From an uncultured Candidatus Saccharibacteria bacterium (GTDB taxonomy: Bacteria > Patescibacteriota > Saccharimonadia > Saccharimonadales > JAGPDM01): DNA of 64,000 nucleotides. Under the pieces are notes generated by a model that was given only the letters and a program-made list of their open reading frames with translations, was not told where the DNA came from and ran no database searches. Made by a program: the position numbers and the translations under genes. The DNA lies in assembly GCA_964622235.1 (NCBI GenBank), contig CAZUNB010000001.1:9360-73359 (forward strand), read 5' to 3'. This document shows positions 50,047 through 58,067 of the stretch, in pieces (the stretch's first letter is position 1; each line of letters starts with the position of its first letter).

Positions 50047-51197
50047 GATATTGCTTTCTTCTTATTTGTGCTATTTTTTTTCTTAGTAGCCGGATTTTTT
50101 TTCTTAGTTGAAGTTGTGACACCTCGGCGATTCTTGCGCGACAGCTCGCGGACAGTCTTTGACTTACGATAAGTACGGACTTTTTTTGCAACAGAACTAG
50201 TCTGATGCACCGGTATGGCAATTCGGTCTATAGAGTCGTCTATTTCGGTAGGTGCTGCTGGTAACGCAGCCATATTTTCTGAGTCTGAATCGACATGAAT
50301 AACTAGTGGCGCAATTGGTGCTGGCACTTGCGCGAGCTGTAAGACATTGAGTTCTGTATCACGTGTTCCTGCCACAAAGTCCTCGTGGATATTCGCCTGG
50401 TACTCAATTGCATCGATGGCTGGCATAGTTCGCTCTTGATCACTCTCAACTAGTATCTTCGCAGCTGGCTCATTCGAGCGGTACGCTTGGCGATTAGTCC
50501 GAAAGTCATAATTATTCGTTTGACTTTTGTCGCTAACCAACTCACCGTCAACGATATGAATTGTACGCTGAGCTTGTTTTGCGATCACCTCGTTATGTGT
50601 CACGATGATCACTGTATGACCTTTCTTGTTTAGCTCACGTAATAAATCAATAATCTGTTGGCCAGTCTCCTGATCGAGATTACCAGTTGGCTCGTCAGCT
50701 AAAATTAAACTCGGGTTATTAGCCAGCGCTCGTGCCACCGCTACCCGCTGTTTTTGGCCACCAGAAAGTTGGCTAGGCATGTAGTACCCGCGATCAGTTA
50801 GACCAACCTGCTCGAGTAATTCATGAGCTCGTTTTTCGCGCTGGATTTTTGATGTCCCGAAATACACCATTGGTAAGATGATGTTATCAATAACATGTTG
50901 ACGGGGAAGCAGATTAAAGCTCTGAAAGATAAAACCAATTTTTTGACGACGAATCTTTGCGGCCCTTCGGCTACTAAGACTAGCTGTATCGATATCGTCA
51001 AGTATATACTCACCATTAGTGGGTACATCAAGCAGACCCAACAAATTCATAAGTGTGGATTTGCCTGAACCACTCGGGCCAGTCACTGCTAAGAATTCAC
51101 CGTGCTCAACACTAAAATTAACGCCACGAAGCACGGGCGTGGCACCATTACCACTACCGTAGATTTTATGAATACGCTTAATTTCAATTTCAGCCAT
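50043..51197 (-). CDS. LolD/MacB-type ABC ATP-binding protein with long C-terminal extension
   Basis: [36 protein letters not shown]; start set at 51197. Confidence 0.92.
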   Translation of the reverse strand: MAEIEIKRIHKIYGSGNGATPVLRGVNFSVEHGEFLAVTGPSGSGKSTLMNLLGLLDVPTNGEYILDDIDTASLSSRRAAKIRRQKIGFIFQSFNLLPRQHVIDNIILPMVYFGTSKIQREKRAHELLEQVGLTDRGYYMPSQLSGGQKQRVAVARALANNPSLILADEPTGNLDQETGQQIIDLLRELNKKGHTVIIVTHNEVIAKQAQRTIHIVDGELVSDKSQTNNYDFRTNRQAYRSNEPAAKILVESDQERTMPAIDAIEYQANIHEDFVAGTRDTELNVLQLAQVPAPIAPLVIHVDSDSENMAALPAAPTEIDDSIDRIAIPVHQTSSVAKKVRTYRKSKTVRELSRKNRRGVTTSTKKKNPATKKKNSTNKKKAIS

Positions 51198-51259
51198 CAC
51201 CCTATAATATAGCCGAGAAGTAACAGACATGGAAGTGCTTAAGGTAAAAAAACCAAAAG

Positions 51260-51931
51260 CTACAGCTTACCGAGCAAGTCCTCTAGTGCACTTACGTTCT
51301 CGATAATGTGTTTTACTCTCAATTTTTCGGCTTCATGTGTGTTTAAGTGGCCAGTTAGAACAACAACCGCCTCAACTCCTGCAGCTTGAGCCATAAGTAC
51401 ATCATTTTTTGCATCACCAACCATAACAGTCTCTTCTGGTAAAATATTCTGTTCTTTTAAAATTCGATTTATACCTTCAGGGTGCGGCTTGGCATAAAGT
51501 GCGCTGCTGAGATCATGTGGTGTAACTATTTGAGAGAATACCTGTGGTATATTAAAATTTGGAAAAATTATTTCTCGTAGTAGCTTTGAACTAGCACCAG
51601 TTGCAATCGCAATCTTGTATTTTCTAGATAGACGCTTTAAGACTCCAATAGAGCCTGGAACTAGCGTCAAACAATCTACAAAGCTGTTTCCAAAGAGGTG
51701 CTCCTCGTAGATAACGATTGCCTCGGCTAGTAGTTCAGGACTGTCTTTAAGCAGCTCGGCCAACTCTTCTTGGTGTGAAGATCCCCACTTTGCCTCAATC
51801 CGTTTTTTCTCTTCTTTTTGAGATAAATGTATACCCACACTTAGCAAAGCTTGGTGGTAACACTTATAATATCCCTCGGTTGAGCCAAGTGTGAAGACAT
51901 CATCCCAGTCAAAAATTATTAGTTTAATCAT
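51260..51931 (-). CDS. HAD-superfamily phosphatase
   Basis: IIFDWDDV, IAT, KPHPEG, MVGDAKND. Confidence 0.9.
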   Translation of the reverse strand: MIKLIIFDWDDVFTLGSTEGYYKCYHQALLSVGIHLSQKEEKKRIEAKWGSSHQEELAELLKDSPELLAEAIVIYEEHLFGNSFVDCLTLVPGSIGVLKRLSRKYKIAIATGASSKLLREIIFPNFNIPQVFSQIVTPHDLSSALYAKPHPEGINRILKEQNILPEETVMVGDAKNDVLMAQAAGVEAVVVLTGHLNTHEAEKLRVKHIIENVSALEDLLGKL

Positions 51932-52013
51932 TTATCCAATAATATCACGCAACTAACATTGATATGTCTCCTGAGAAGGGTTGTACTTTTAACGGATGAA
52001 TAGAATACAGATT

Positions 52014-52296
52014 TTTAACAAAGGAGAGAGGGATGACGCTCGATTCGCTCACTATTCCGTCGGCCCGAGTCTCACAAGTAAACTTGCTCGATTATCCTTC
52101 CTTGCGAACCCTTTTTTGACTTTGTTAAATGAGAGGTATAACACTGCGATGTTAGACTATGGCTCATCGCCATATTCCAACATCTTCGCTATGCTGCTCA
52201 AATCAAATAGATTTGAGCTAGTCTAAACCCTCTCGGGTTCGTAGCCTGAACAATCCCAACCAATGTAAAAGCCCACCATTTGGTGGGTTTTTACAT
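52014..52296 (-). repeat. tRNA-linked repeat units downstream of tRNA-Ser(GCT)
   Basis: 52024-52062 nearly identical to 15604-15642; 52195-52241 similar to 15481-15530. Confidence 0.8.
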
Positions 52297-52389
52297 TGGC
52301 GGAGAGAGAGGGATTCGAACCCTCGCGGGGCCGTGAAGCCCCCTACAGCTTTAGCAAAGCCGCCCCTTCAGCCACTTGGGTACCTCTCC
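52297..52389 (-). tRNA. tRNA-Ser(GCT)
   Basis: GGAGAGG acceptor, loop TT-GCT-AA, long variable arm, GGTTCGAATCC, CCA. Confidence 0.95.
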
Positions 52390-52507
52390 TCGTCGTCACA
52401 TCAAGCTTCTGTGGTTTCGTTTTAGTCGTCGACTAAAAACTACTCCGCTGATGCTCCTCTTGAATTTTCAAACAGCTTCGCTTGGTTTGAAAATTCATGG
52501 CTGTACG

Positions 52508-52584
52508 TGGTGTACCCGGGGGGATTCGAACCTCCGACCTCTTGTACCGCAAACAAACGCTCTATCCAGCTGAGCTACGGGTAC
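52508..52584 (-). tRNA. tRNA-Arg(GCG)
   Basis: GTACCCG/CGGGTAC acceptor, AGCTCAGCTGGATAGAGC D-arm, stem TTTGT/ACAAG with loop TT-GCG-GT, GGTTCGAATCC, CCA. Confidence 0.92.
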
Positions 52585-52645
52585 ACGCAAGCGTAGCAAC
52601 TATTGTAGCGCTAAACTACTGATAATAAAAGCAATCTGCGCATAT

Positions 52646-53260
52646 TTAGAGGTGTAGTTGGTTGATGGTTTTATCAATAAAATTCATTTCACGCTCTTCA
52701 AGTGGCAGATGGCGTTGTAAAATCGCGACAACTAGATCAACCTCTGCCTTCGTCATGTAAGCTTCGGTAGGCAAGCCAAAGCGTTTCAAAGGCCGGAAAG
52801 TTAGCAAATACAATCCACGCTCAGCTTGAATTGAAAATGAACGAAATGTTTCGAACGGAAACAAGGCATCGCCGATGGAGATCCCATCATCGTCGATGAT
52901 ATATGTTCGACTATTCGGCTTAGCATTGATAAAATACAATAAACCACCACTTAAGAGTAGTAAAACAACGACACTAAAGATGTCACGTTGCCAGTAAATT
53001 ATACCCGCGCTGATTGCAAAAACCACTGACACGAAGCCTGCGTACCACCCTATACCTCGTTGATGTGAAATATACTCGCTGGCTTGCCAGCTAACTTCTT
53101 GCGGTTGATCCGGCCCCTTGACATCTGGCATTTCTGTTTGCAAATTGTCGTTACTGTTGTCATCATCTTCAGCTTCAAAACTCCAGCCAGCAGAATCATC
53201 CTGTTGATTGTCGGCAACTTTTGCATCCTCAGCTTGGTTGTTTGTCTTTTCCTCTGCCAT
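52646..53260 (-). CDS. Hypothetical two-TM membrane protein
   Basis: Acidic N-terminus; VSWQASEY..H.R...WY, two TM helices, F.SF, P.KRF. Confidence 0.75.
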   Translation of the reverse strand: MAEEKTNNQAEDAKVADNQQDDSAGWSFEAEDDDNSNDNLQTEMPDVKGPDQPQEVSWQASEYISHQRGIGWYAGFVSVVFAISAGIIYWQRDIFSVVVLLLLSGGLLYFINAKPNSRTYIIDDDGISIGDALFPFETFRSFSIQAERGLYLLTFRPLKRFGLPTEAYMTKAEVDLVVAILQRHLPLEEREMNFIDKTINQLHL

Positions 53261-53475
53261 ATCATAAGCAGTATAACAAAACTAGACAAAAACCACACTA
53301 GCAAGAGTACCGTTATATCCTTTGAGATGATATAATCCAATGTACGTTTCGTTCGAGCGAAATACATCAAACTGAAAAGGTGACCAGACTAGTGTCAGGT
53401 AAAACTTGATCTAAATAGCGAACTGGTATACTTAACCAGTGAGTGTCGCGGAGCGAGGTCAACTCGCAACAACGT

Positions 53476-53566
53476 GGAGAGGTGACCGAGCGGTTGAAGG
53501 TACCGGTCTTGAAAACCGGCAAGGCGTAACCCGTCTTCGAGGGTTCGAATCCCTCCCTCTCCGCCA
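53476..53566 (+). tRNA. tRNA-Ser(TGA)
   Basis: GGAGAGG/CCTCTCC acceptor, loop CT-TGA-AA, variable arm, GGTTCGAATCC, CCA. Confidence 0.96.
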
Positions 53567-53750
53567 ATTAGATAGCCCACCGCTTAGGTGGGTTCTCTAA
53601 TTGGCGTTTAGCAATCCGAGAACCCGTATTTTGCGCAGCAAAAAGGGTTCGGTGGAGTGATCAGAATCGAGAGACAAAAAAAGTTTACTTTTTCCAGAGA
53701 TGATTGAATGAAAGTTCGTAGGTGCAAGCCGAAGAATCAACACCTCATGT
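53567..53750 (+). repeat. Degenerate tRNA-linked repeat unit downstream of tRNA-Ser(TGA)
   Basis: Trailer hairpin pairing with CGCCA; GAACCCGTATTTTGCGCAGCAAAAAGGGTTCG matches GAACCCGACTTTTGCGAAGCAAAAAGGGTTCG at 15656-15687 (minus strand); right boundary uncertain. Confidence 0.65.
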
Positions 53751-53772
53751 ATTAATACCGTATACTAAACCA

Positions 53773-54165
53773 ATGCCAAAAAAACCAATCCAAAAGCGCT
53801 ATGTTGCGCTAGCCTGGGGAACAGTACTATTACACACAGCAATCATGACTTGGTTTTGGATCGGGGCATTCTTGGTCTTTAACGGCTATCCCGAATTTGC
53901 ACTACAGCAAGTCGCCTACGTTGTCATAGTCGTTGGGGTTCATGAACTGTATGGCAGCTGCCCGTTCACAGTACTCGAGATTTGGGCACGTAAAAAATCA
54001 GGTATCAAAGACCGAGAAGTAGAGACATACTACGGATACTACATCTTCTGGAAGTTGTTTCACTATAAAGCCAGTATCCCGTTTCTAAGGCGATTCGTCA
54101 TCTTGTTCAAAATTTTACCTGGTATTTCACCACTTGTTCTAATAATCCAGCAAATATTGAACTAG
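53773..54165 (+). CDS. DUF2784-like membrane protein
   Basis: H-containing TM helix and CPFTVLE.W.R motif; start set at ATG 53773. Confidence 0.7.
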   Translation: MPKKPIQKRYVALAWGTVLLHTAIMTWFWIGAFLVFNGYPEFALQQVAYVVIVVGVHELYGSCPFTVLEIWARKKSGIKDREVETYYGYYIFWKLFHYKASIPFLRRFVILFKILPGISPLVLIIQQILN

Positions 54166-54169
54166 AACG

Positions 54170-54832
54170 TTACGGACGAGCAAATACAGCTGCCTCAACA
54201 CGCTTTGCACCGGCTCCATCTAAAACGGCAGCGGCGGCTTCAAGTGTAGCGCCGGTACTGATTACATCATCAATCAGAAGGATTTTTTTATTTTCGATCT
54301 TTCTAGGATGCCTGGAATAAAAAGCATTTGCGAGTTGCTGTCGGCGCTTTTTGGCAGACTGGCCGACTTGTCGTTTATGACCTTGTTTTCCAAGCAGCTC
54401 AGCGTAGGGAATTTTTAACTGACGAGCAACGTGCTTAGCAATAATGCCAGGCGGGTTATATCCGCGCATGCGGTAGCGCTGCGAATCAGGTGGAATAGGG
54501 CAGACAACATCATAATCATCAGAAAGAATCACGTCTGCCAACTGTTTACCTAAAACTTTACCAGCGGCACAAGCACGTTCAAACTTATATTTACGTATTA
54601 GCTCCTTACCCAAACCTTCGTAGCGAGCTGCCACCCAGACACGTTTAACTGAGCTTTTACGACGACAAGTCGGACAAGTGGCATAATCATCACTCAGCGC
54701 CTTGCAGCGATAACAAGCCGATACGGGATGATGTAAAAAACTCAACAGACAAACTTCACAAACAATTGCACCTTCTGCACCACAACCAACACAGGTGTGT
54801 GGCGCAACAACAGAGATGATTGACTCAAACAT
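54170..54832 (-). CDS. comF: ComF family protein (zinc finger + PRTase)
   Basis: Four CxxC pairs, RGYN, LLIDDVISTGATL. Confidence 0.92.
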   Translation of the reverse strand: MFESIISVVAPHTCVGCGAEGAIVCEVCLLSFLHHPVSACYRCKALSDDYATCPTCRRKSSVKRVWVAARYEGLGKELIRKYKFERACAAGKVLGKQLADVILSDDYDVVCPIPPDSQRYRMRGYNPPGIIAKHVARQLKIPYAELLGKQGHKRQVGQSAKKRRQQLANAFYSRHPRKIENKKILLIDDVISTGATLEAAAAVLDGAGAKRVEAAVFARP

Positions 54833-54970
54833 AACCTTATCGTAGCAAAACCAGTTGTAGTTTTACCAACACCCTTGAGTTAGGTGATAGTTTTTGTGTA
54901 TACTACTGATAATACAAAGACCAAAAAACTTTTCAGGTGGAAAAACAAGACAACTAATGGGGGAGAGTGC

Positions 54971-55423
54971 ATGGCACGTAAACAACAGAATGATGATTTA
55001 TTAATCGATGATGAGCTAACAGCAGCTTTTCTGGGTGATGATCAGTCAGTAACCGCTGACGACAATAGTACAAACGATGACTGGAATGAAGAAGAAAGTA
55101 TTCCGGGGCAACTAGCCGTTGACGTTTATGAGACTCGTGAGAAGGTTTTTGTGATTGCGCCGATTGCTGGCGTTAACAAAGGTGATCTCGACGTTAGTAT
55201 CTCTGACAATACGCTGACTATCCAGGGAACTCGTTCGGTCAATACTGACGGGGCAGAGAACTTTTACCTGCAGGAAAGTTACTGGGGAGATTTTTCGCGA
55301 AGCATCACAATGCCAGTACCGGTTAAAGAGGACGAAATCGATGCAGTCCTCAAGGACGGTGTCTTGACAATTAGCTTTACCAAAGTCAAACAAGACACAA
55401 TTAAGAAGATTGAGATTAAGTAA
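54971..55423 (+). CDS. Hsp20/alpha-crystallin small heat-shock protein
   Basis: LAVDVYET, LTIQG.R, QE.YWG.FSRSI.MP, A.LKDGVL.I; start set at 54971 (GGGGAG SD). Confidence 0.92.
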   Translation: MARKQQNDDLLIDDELTAAFLGDDQSVTADDNSTNDDWNEEESIPGQLAVDVYETREKVFVIAPIAGVNKGDLDVSISDNTLTIQGTRSVNTDGAENFYLQESYWGDFSRSITMPVPVKEDEIDAVLKDGVLTISFTKVKQDTIKKIEIK

Positions 55424-55446
55424 AACTACTTATTTCGATTCAGTAT

Positions 55447-55490
55447 TTAATGTAAATAATCTGCTCAATCGAGCAGATTATTTACATTAA
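55447..55490. terminator. 20-bp perfect inverted repeat between convergent hsp20 and pilin array
   Basis: TTAATGTAAATAATCTGCTC-aatc-GAGCAGATTATTTACATTAA. Confidence 0.75.
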
Positions 55491-55564
55491 TAACAGTTTT
55501 TTTATTTGCGAAAAAGAAAATAAGAGTAGAATTTATACTATTATCAAACTAAATTTGACTCTAC

Positions 55565-56005
55565 TTATGATTGAGGAGCAAGGCTTGATGTCAGGAAGTT
55601 GACAGCACCAAAAGCTATGAAAGAAATGATAAGGCCGATAATCGCATACAAAATTGTATTCTTAGCTCCGGTAACTGCATTTTGGTCGCCGGCACTGATA
55701 ACATAACGGAAACCACCAACAATCAACATGATGACACTAACAGCGCCAACCAAAAAGAGCAAAATATTGACTACCTTGTTGAAAATACCATCCGCCCCGA
55801 AAAGTGTGTTCGCGTCTTGACCGGCTCTAGTGCTACCAATCGTGCATTTGGTTCCATTCACTAGTGGGTTTGTGTCGGTACCGATGCTAAGACATTCATC
55901 AGCTGCGGCAGCAGGAACAACGTATGTCATAAAACCAACAAACCCCATAGTTGTAGCTAGGCTAATCTTGCCAGTGGTTGATTGATAAAGTGTTTGTATA
56001 GTCAT
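55565..56005 (-). CDS. VirB2/TrbC-like T4SS pilin (CPR type)
   Basis: Signal, Cys pair, NILLFLVGAVSVIMLIVGGFRYVISAGD...AKNTILYAIIGL. Confidence 0.88.
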   Translation of the reverse strand: MTIQTLYQSTTGKISLATTMGFVGFMTYVVPAAAADECLSIGTDTNPLVNGTKCTIGSTRAGQDANTLFGADGIFNKVVNILLFLVGAVSVIMLIVGGFRYVISAGDQNAVTGAKNTILYAIIGLIISFIAFGAVNFLTSSLAPQS

Positions 56006-56089
56006 TAAATTTTTTCCTGTTTATGCTTATTGTTAAATGTATCAAAAATTCATACTGGGTGCAAGAGATATATAGGCGGGCGCCTGATT

Positions 56090-56497
56090 TTATAGACTGC
56101 TAACTATAAAGCTCACAGCGGCACGACCAAGGAAAGCAATTACTAATCCGATTACTGCATACAAAATTGTATTCTTAGCTCCGGTAACTGCATTTTGATC
56201 ACCAGCACTAGCAACATAGCGAAAACCACCAAGAACAATCATGATAACTGAGACTGCACCGACTAAGAACAGTAAGATATTGATAATACTCTGCATGATA
56301 GTCCCTATGTTGCGGCTGTCTCCTGAAGTACAAGTTCCTCCGGAGTATGTCCCGCCCGTTCCCTTACAGAGCTGCTCCTTAGAGTCGGCAGCACTTACTA
56401 TGCTGTGCTGACCGCTGGGGGTAGTGACTGGAAGAATAACCGATGCTATTAATAGAGAAAATGCGAACATAAATGTAAATAATGATATTTTTTTCAT
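56090..56497 (-). CDS. VirB2/TrbC-like T4SS pilin
   Basis: Same conserved C-terminal hairpin (GGFRYVASAGD..AKNTILYAVIGL). Confidence 0.88.
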   Translation of the reverse strand: MKKISLFTFMFAFSLLIASVILPVTTPSGQHSIVSAADSKEQLCKGTGGTYSGGTCTSGDSRNIGTIMQSIINILLFLVGAVSVIMIVLGGFRYVASAGDQNAVTGAKNTILYAVIGLVIAFLGRAAVSFIVSSL

Positions 56498-56509
56498 CTC
56501 TTATCCTTT

Positions 56510-56899
56510 TTATATGTTACTTAATACGAATGATACGATAGCTTGAGCTAGAAGCGCAACCACTAAACCGACTACAGCATACAGAATAGTGTCTTTGCTC
56601 TGTTTGACGGCATTCTGATCACCATTACTAATCACAAAACGAAACCCACCGTATATCATGGCGATGACCGATACACTACCAACAATGAAGGCGAGGGCAC
56701 TAATTACCTTGTCGCGAAGTGGGGTAACGGCAGTTTCAACGGTATCGCTACAGGTTGCATCAGGATCTACCAGCTGCAATTTAGCACACGCATCATCTGT
56801 AGCAGCACTTGCAAACACGGCAGGAGCGGGTGCGACTGCTAGAAGAGCCAACTGCGCCAGCATCACAAACCCTAGCAATAAAAATGTCGGTGTTTTCAT
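56510..56899 (-). CDS. VirB2/TrbC-like T4SS pilin
   Basis: GGFRFVISNGD..SKDTILYAVVGL. Confidence 0.87.
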   Translation of the reverse strand: MKTPTFLLLGFVMLAQLALLAVAPAPAVFASAATDDACAKLQLVDPDATCSDTVETAVTPLRDKVISALAFIVGSVSVIAMIYGGFRFVISNGDQNAVKQSKDTILYAVVGLVVALLAQAIVSFVLSNI

Positions 56900-57699
56900 C
56901 CAAAGACTCCCTTCATAAATCCTATAACTACTCGAATAATAAAAGGCACAAGGAAGACAAGCGCAAGACCGATTGAACCATAAATGATAGTGTTTTTAGC
57001 GGCAACTATCTTTTCTGGGTTGCCGGCCGACAACACATAGCGCAGCCCACCCGAGAGAACGATGATAACACCAATGCTGCCAGCCAAAAGATAAACAACC
57101 GGTATAACCTTGCCGAGGAATGTTTTGTCGTCTACATTGGGTAGACTTAACTCATCAGCCGTTCCAAGCTTAACAATACCAGCAGGCGGTGCTTTCTTTG
57201 CAGGGGTTTTCGGGGTAGGAGAGGTGGGAGCCTCCGGAGCAGCACCGCCACCCCCGCCACCAACCGATTTTTTACAAACATCAACCTTAGTCTTGCCTGT
57301 TAGTTTCTCGCATTTTACATATTCTTCCGCAACACACGTAAGTTTTTTACTGTCGGTATCGAACGGTGGATTCTTCGTGCAATCTCGTGGCTTATACTCA
57401 CTGCCGACAGTGAATGGCTTACCAACAGTAAGAGATTTGCAGTCCTCAGTTTTTACCCCGGCACCTCCAGCAGTTGCAAACAGAACATAGCACTTTTTTG
57501 GATCTTGTTTACCTTTGTCTTTGAAGTAGGATTTAAAGACAGCGTTATTACAATCTCCAGCCGTAACTTTATCACCAGATAGATAGCAACCAGGTGATGA
57601 TGCTGCGGATACCTTTACTCCGCTAGCAAAAAGTGAAAGTGTGGCAATCGCCACTACCATCAATAGCAGCATGCTGCTTAGGCGTGAAATATTTTTCAT
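56896..57699 (-). CDS. VirB2-like pilin with large Cys-rich N-terminal domain
   Basis: Start MKNISRL at 57699 (ATGA overlap); GLRYVLSAGNPEK..AKNTIIYG.IGL. Confidence 0.82.
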   Translation of the reverse strand: MKNISRLSSMLLLMVVAIATLSLFASGVKVSAASSPGCYLSGDKVTAGDCNNAVFKSYFKDKGKQDPKKCYVLFATAGGAGVKTEDCKSLTVGKPFTVGSEYKPRDCTKNPPFDTDSKKLTCVAEEYVKCEKLTGKTKVDVCKKSVGGGGGGAAPEAPTSPTPKTPAKKAPPAGIVKLGTADELSLPNVDDKTFLGKVIPVVYLLAGSIGVIIVLSGGLRYVLSAGNPEKIVAAKNTIIYGSIGLALVFLVPFIIRVVIGFMKGVFG

Positions 57700-58067
57700 T
57701 TGAAGGTCCCGAGAATCGTACCGACGGCAAAAGTGGCGCCAACACAAATCACCAAGCCAATCACCGCATTGACGATGGTGTCCTTGCCGCTCTTGACTCG
57801 CTCTGGGCTTCCGCTACTAATAAGAATTAGAAACGCGCCATAAAATGTAAAGCCAATCGCAACATATATGCCAGCACCGAGCAATGCCTGAACTATATTG
57901 CCGGCTATCCGCCAAATATTGTCAAAGTCTTCGATGATTACGCCGCACGGGTTCGATCCACCAGAGTCCCGCGGCAATCCATTATGCCATGCAGGAAGTA
58001 ACAAGAAGGTATTGTCGCACGCGTCAGCGGCGAACAAAGATAGTTTAGTTAATACGACGTGCATCAT
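57696..58067 (-). CDS. VirB2/TrbC-like pilin
   Basis: C...F..LP.W...L...C N-terminus; YGAF..LISSGSPE..GKDTIVNAVIGL. Confidence 0.85.
   Translation of the reverse strand: MMHVVLTKLSLFAADACDNTFLLLPAWHNGLPRDSGGSNPCGVIIEDFDNIWRIAGNIVQALLGAGIYVAIGFTFYGAFLILISSGSPERVKSGKDTIVNAVIGLVICVGATFAVGTILGTFK

Noticed and set aside
51996-53580. ORF-track ORFs 51996-52226, 52376-52573, 53367-53567 and 53395-53580
   Set aside because: They overlap tRNA genes or the tRNA-linked repeats; sequences such as AEREGFEP and CTRGDSNLRP are classic tRNA shadow translations.
54945-54973. CIRCE upstream of hsp20, and TTAGCACTT at 59705
   Set aside because: Only one half-site in each case, with no matching partner at 9-bp spacing.
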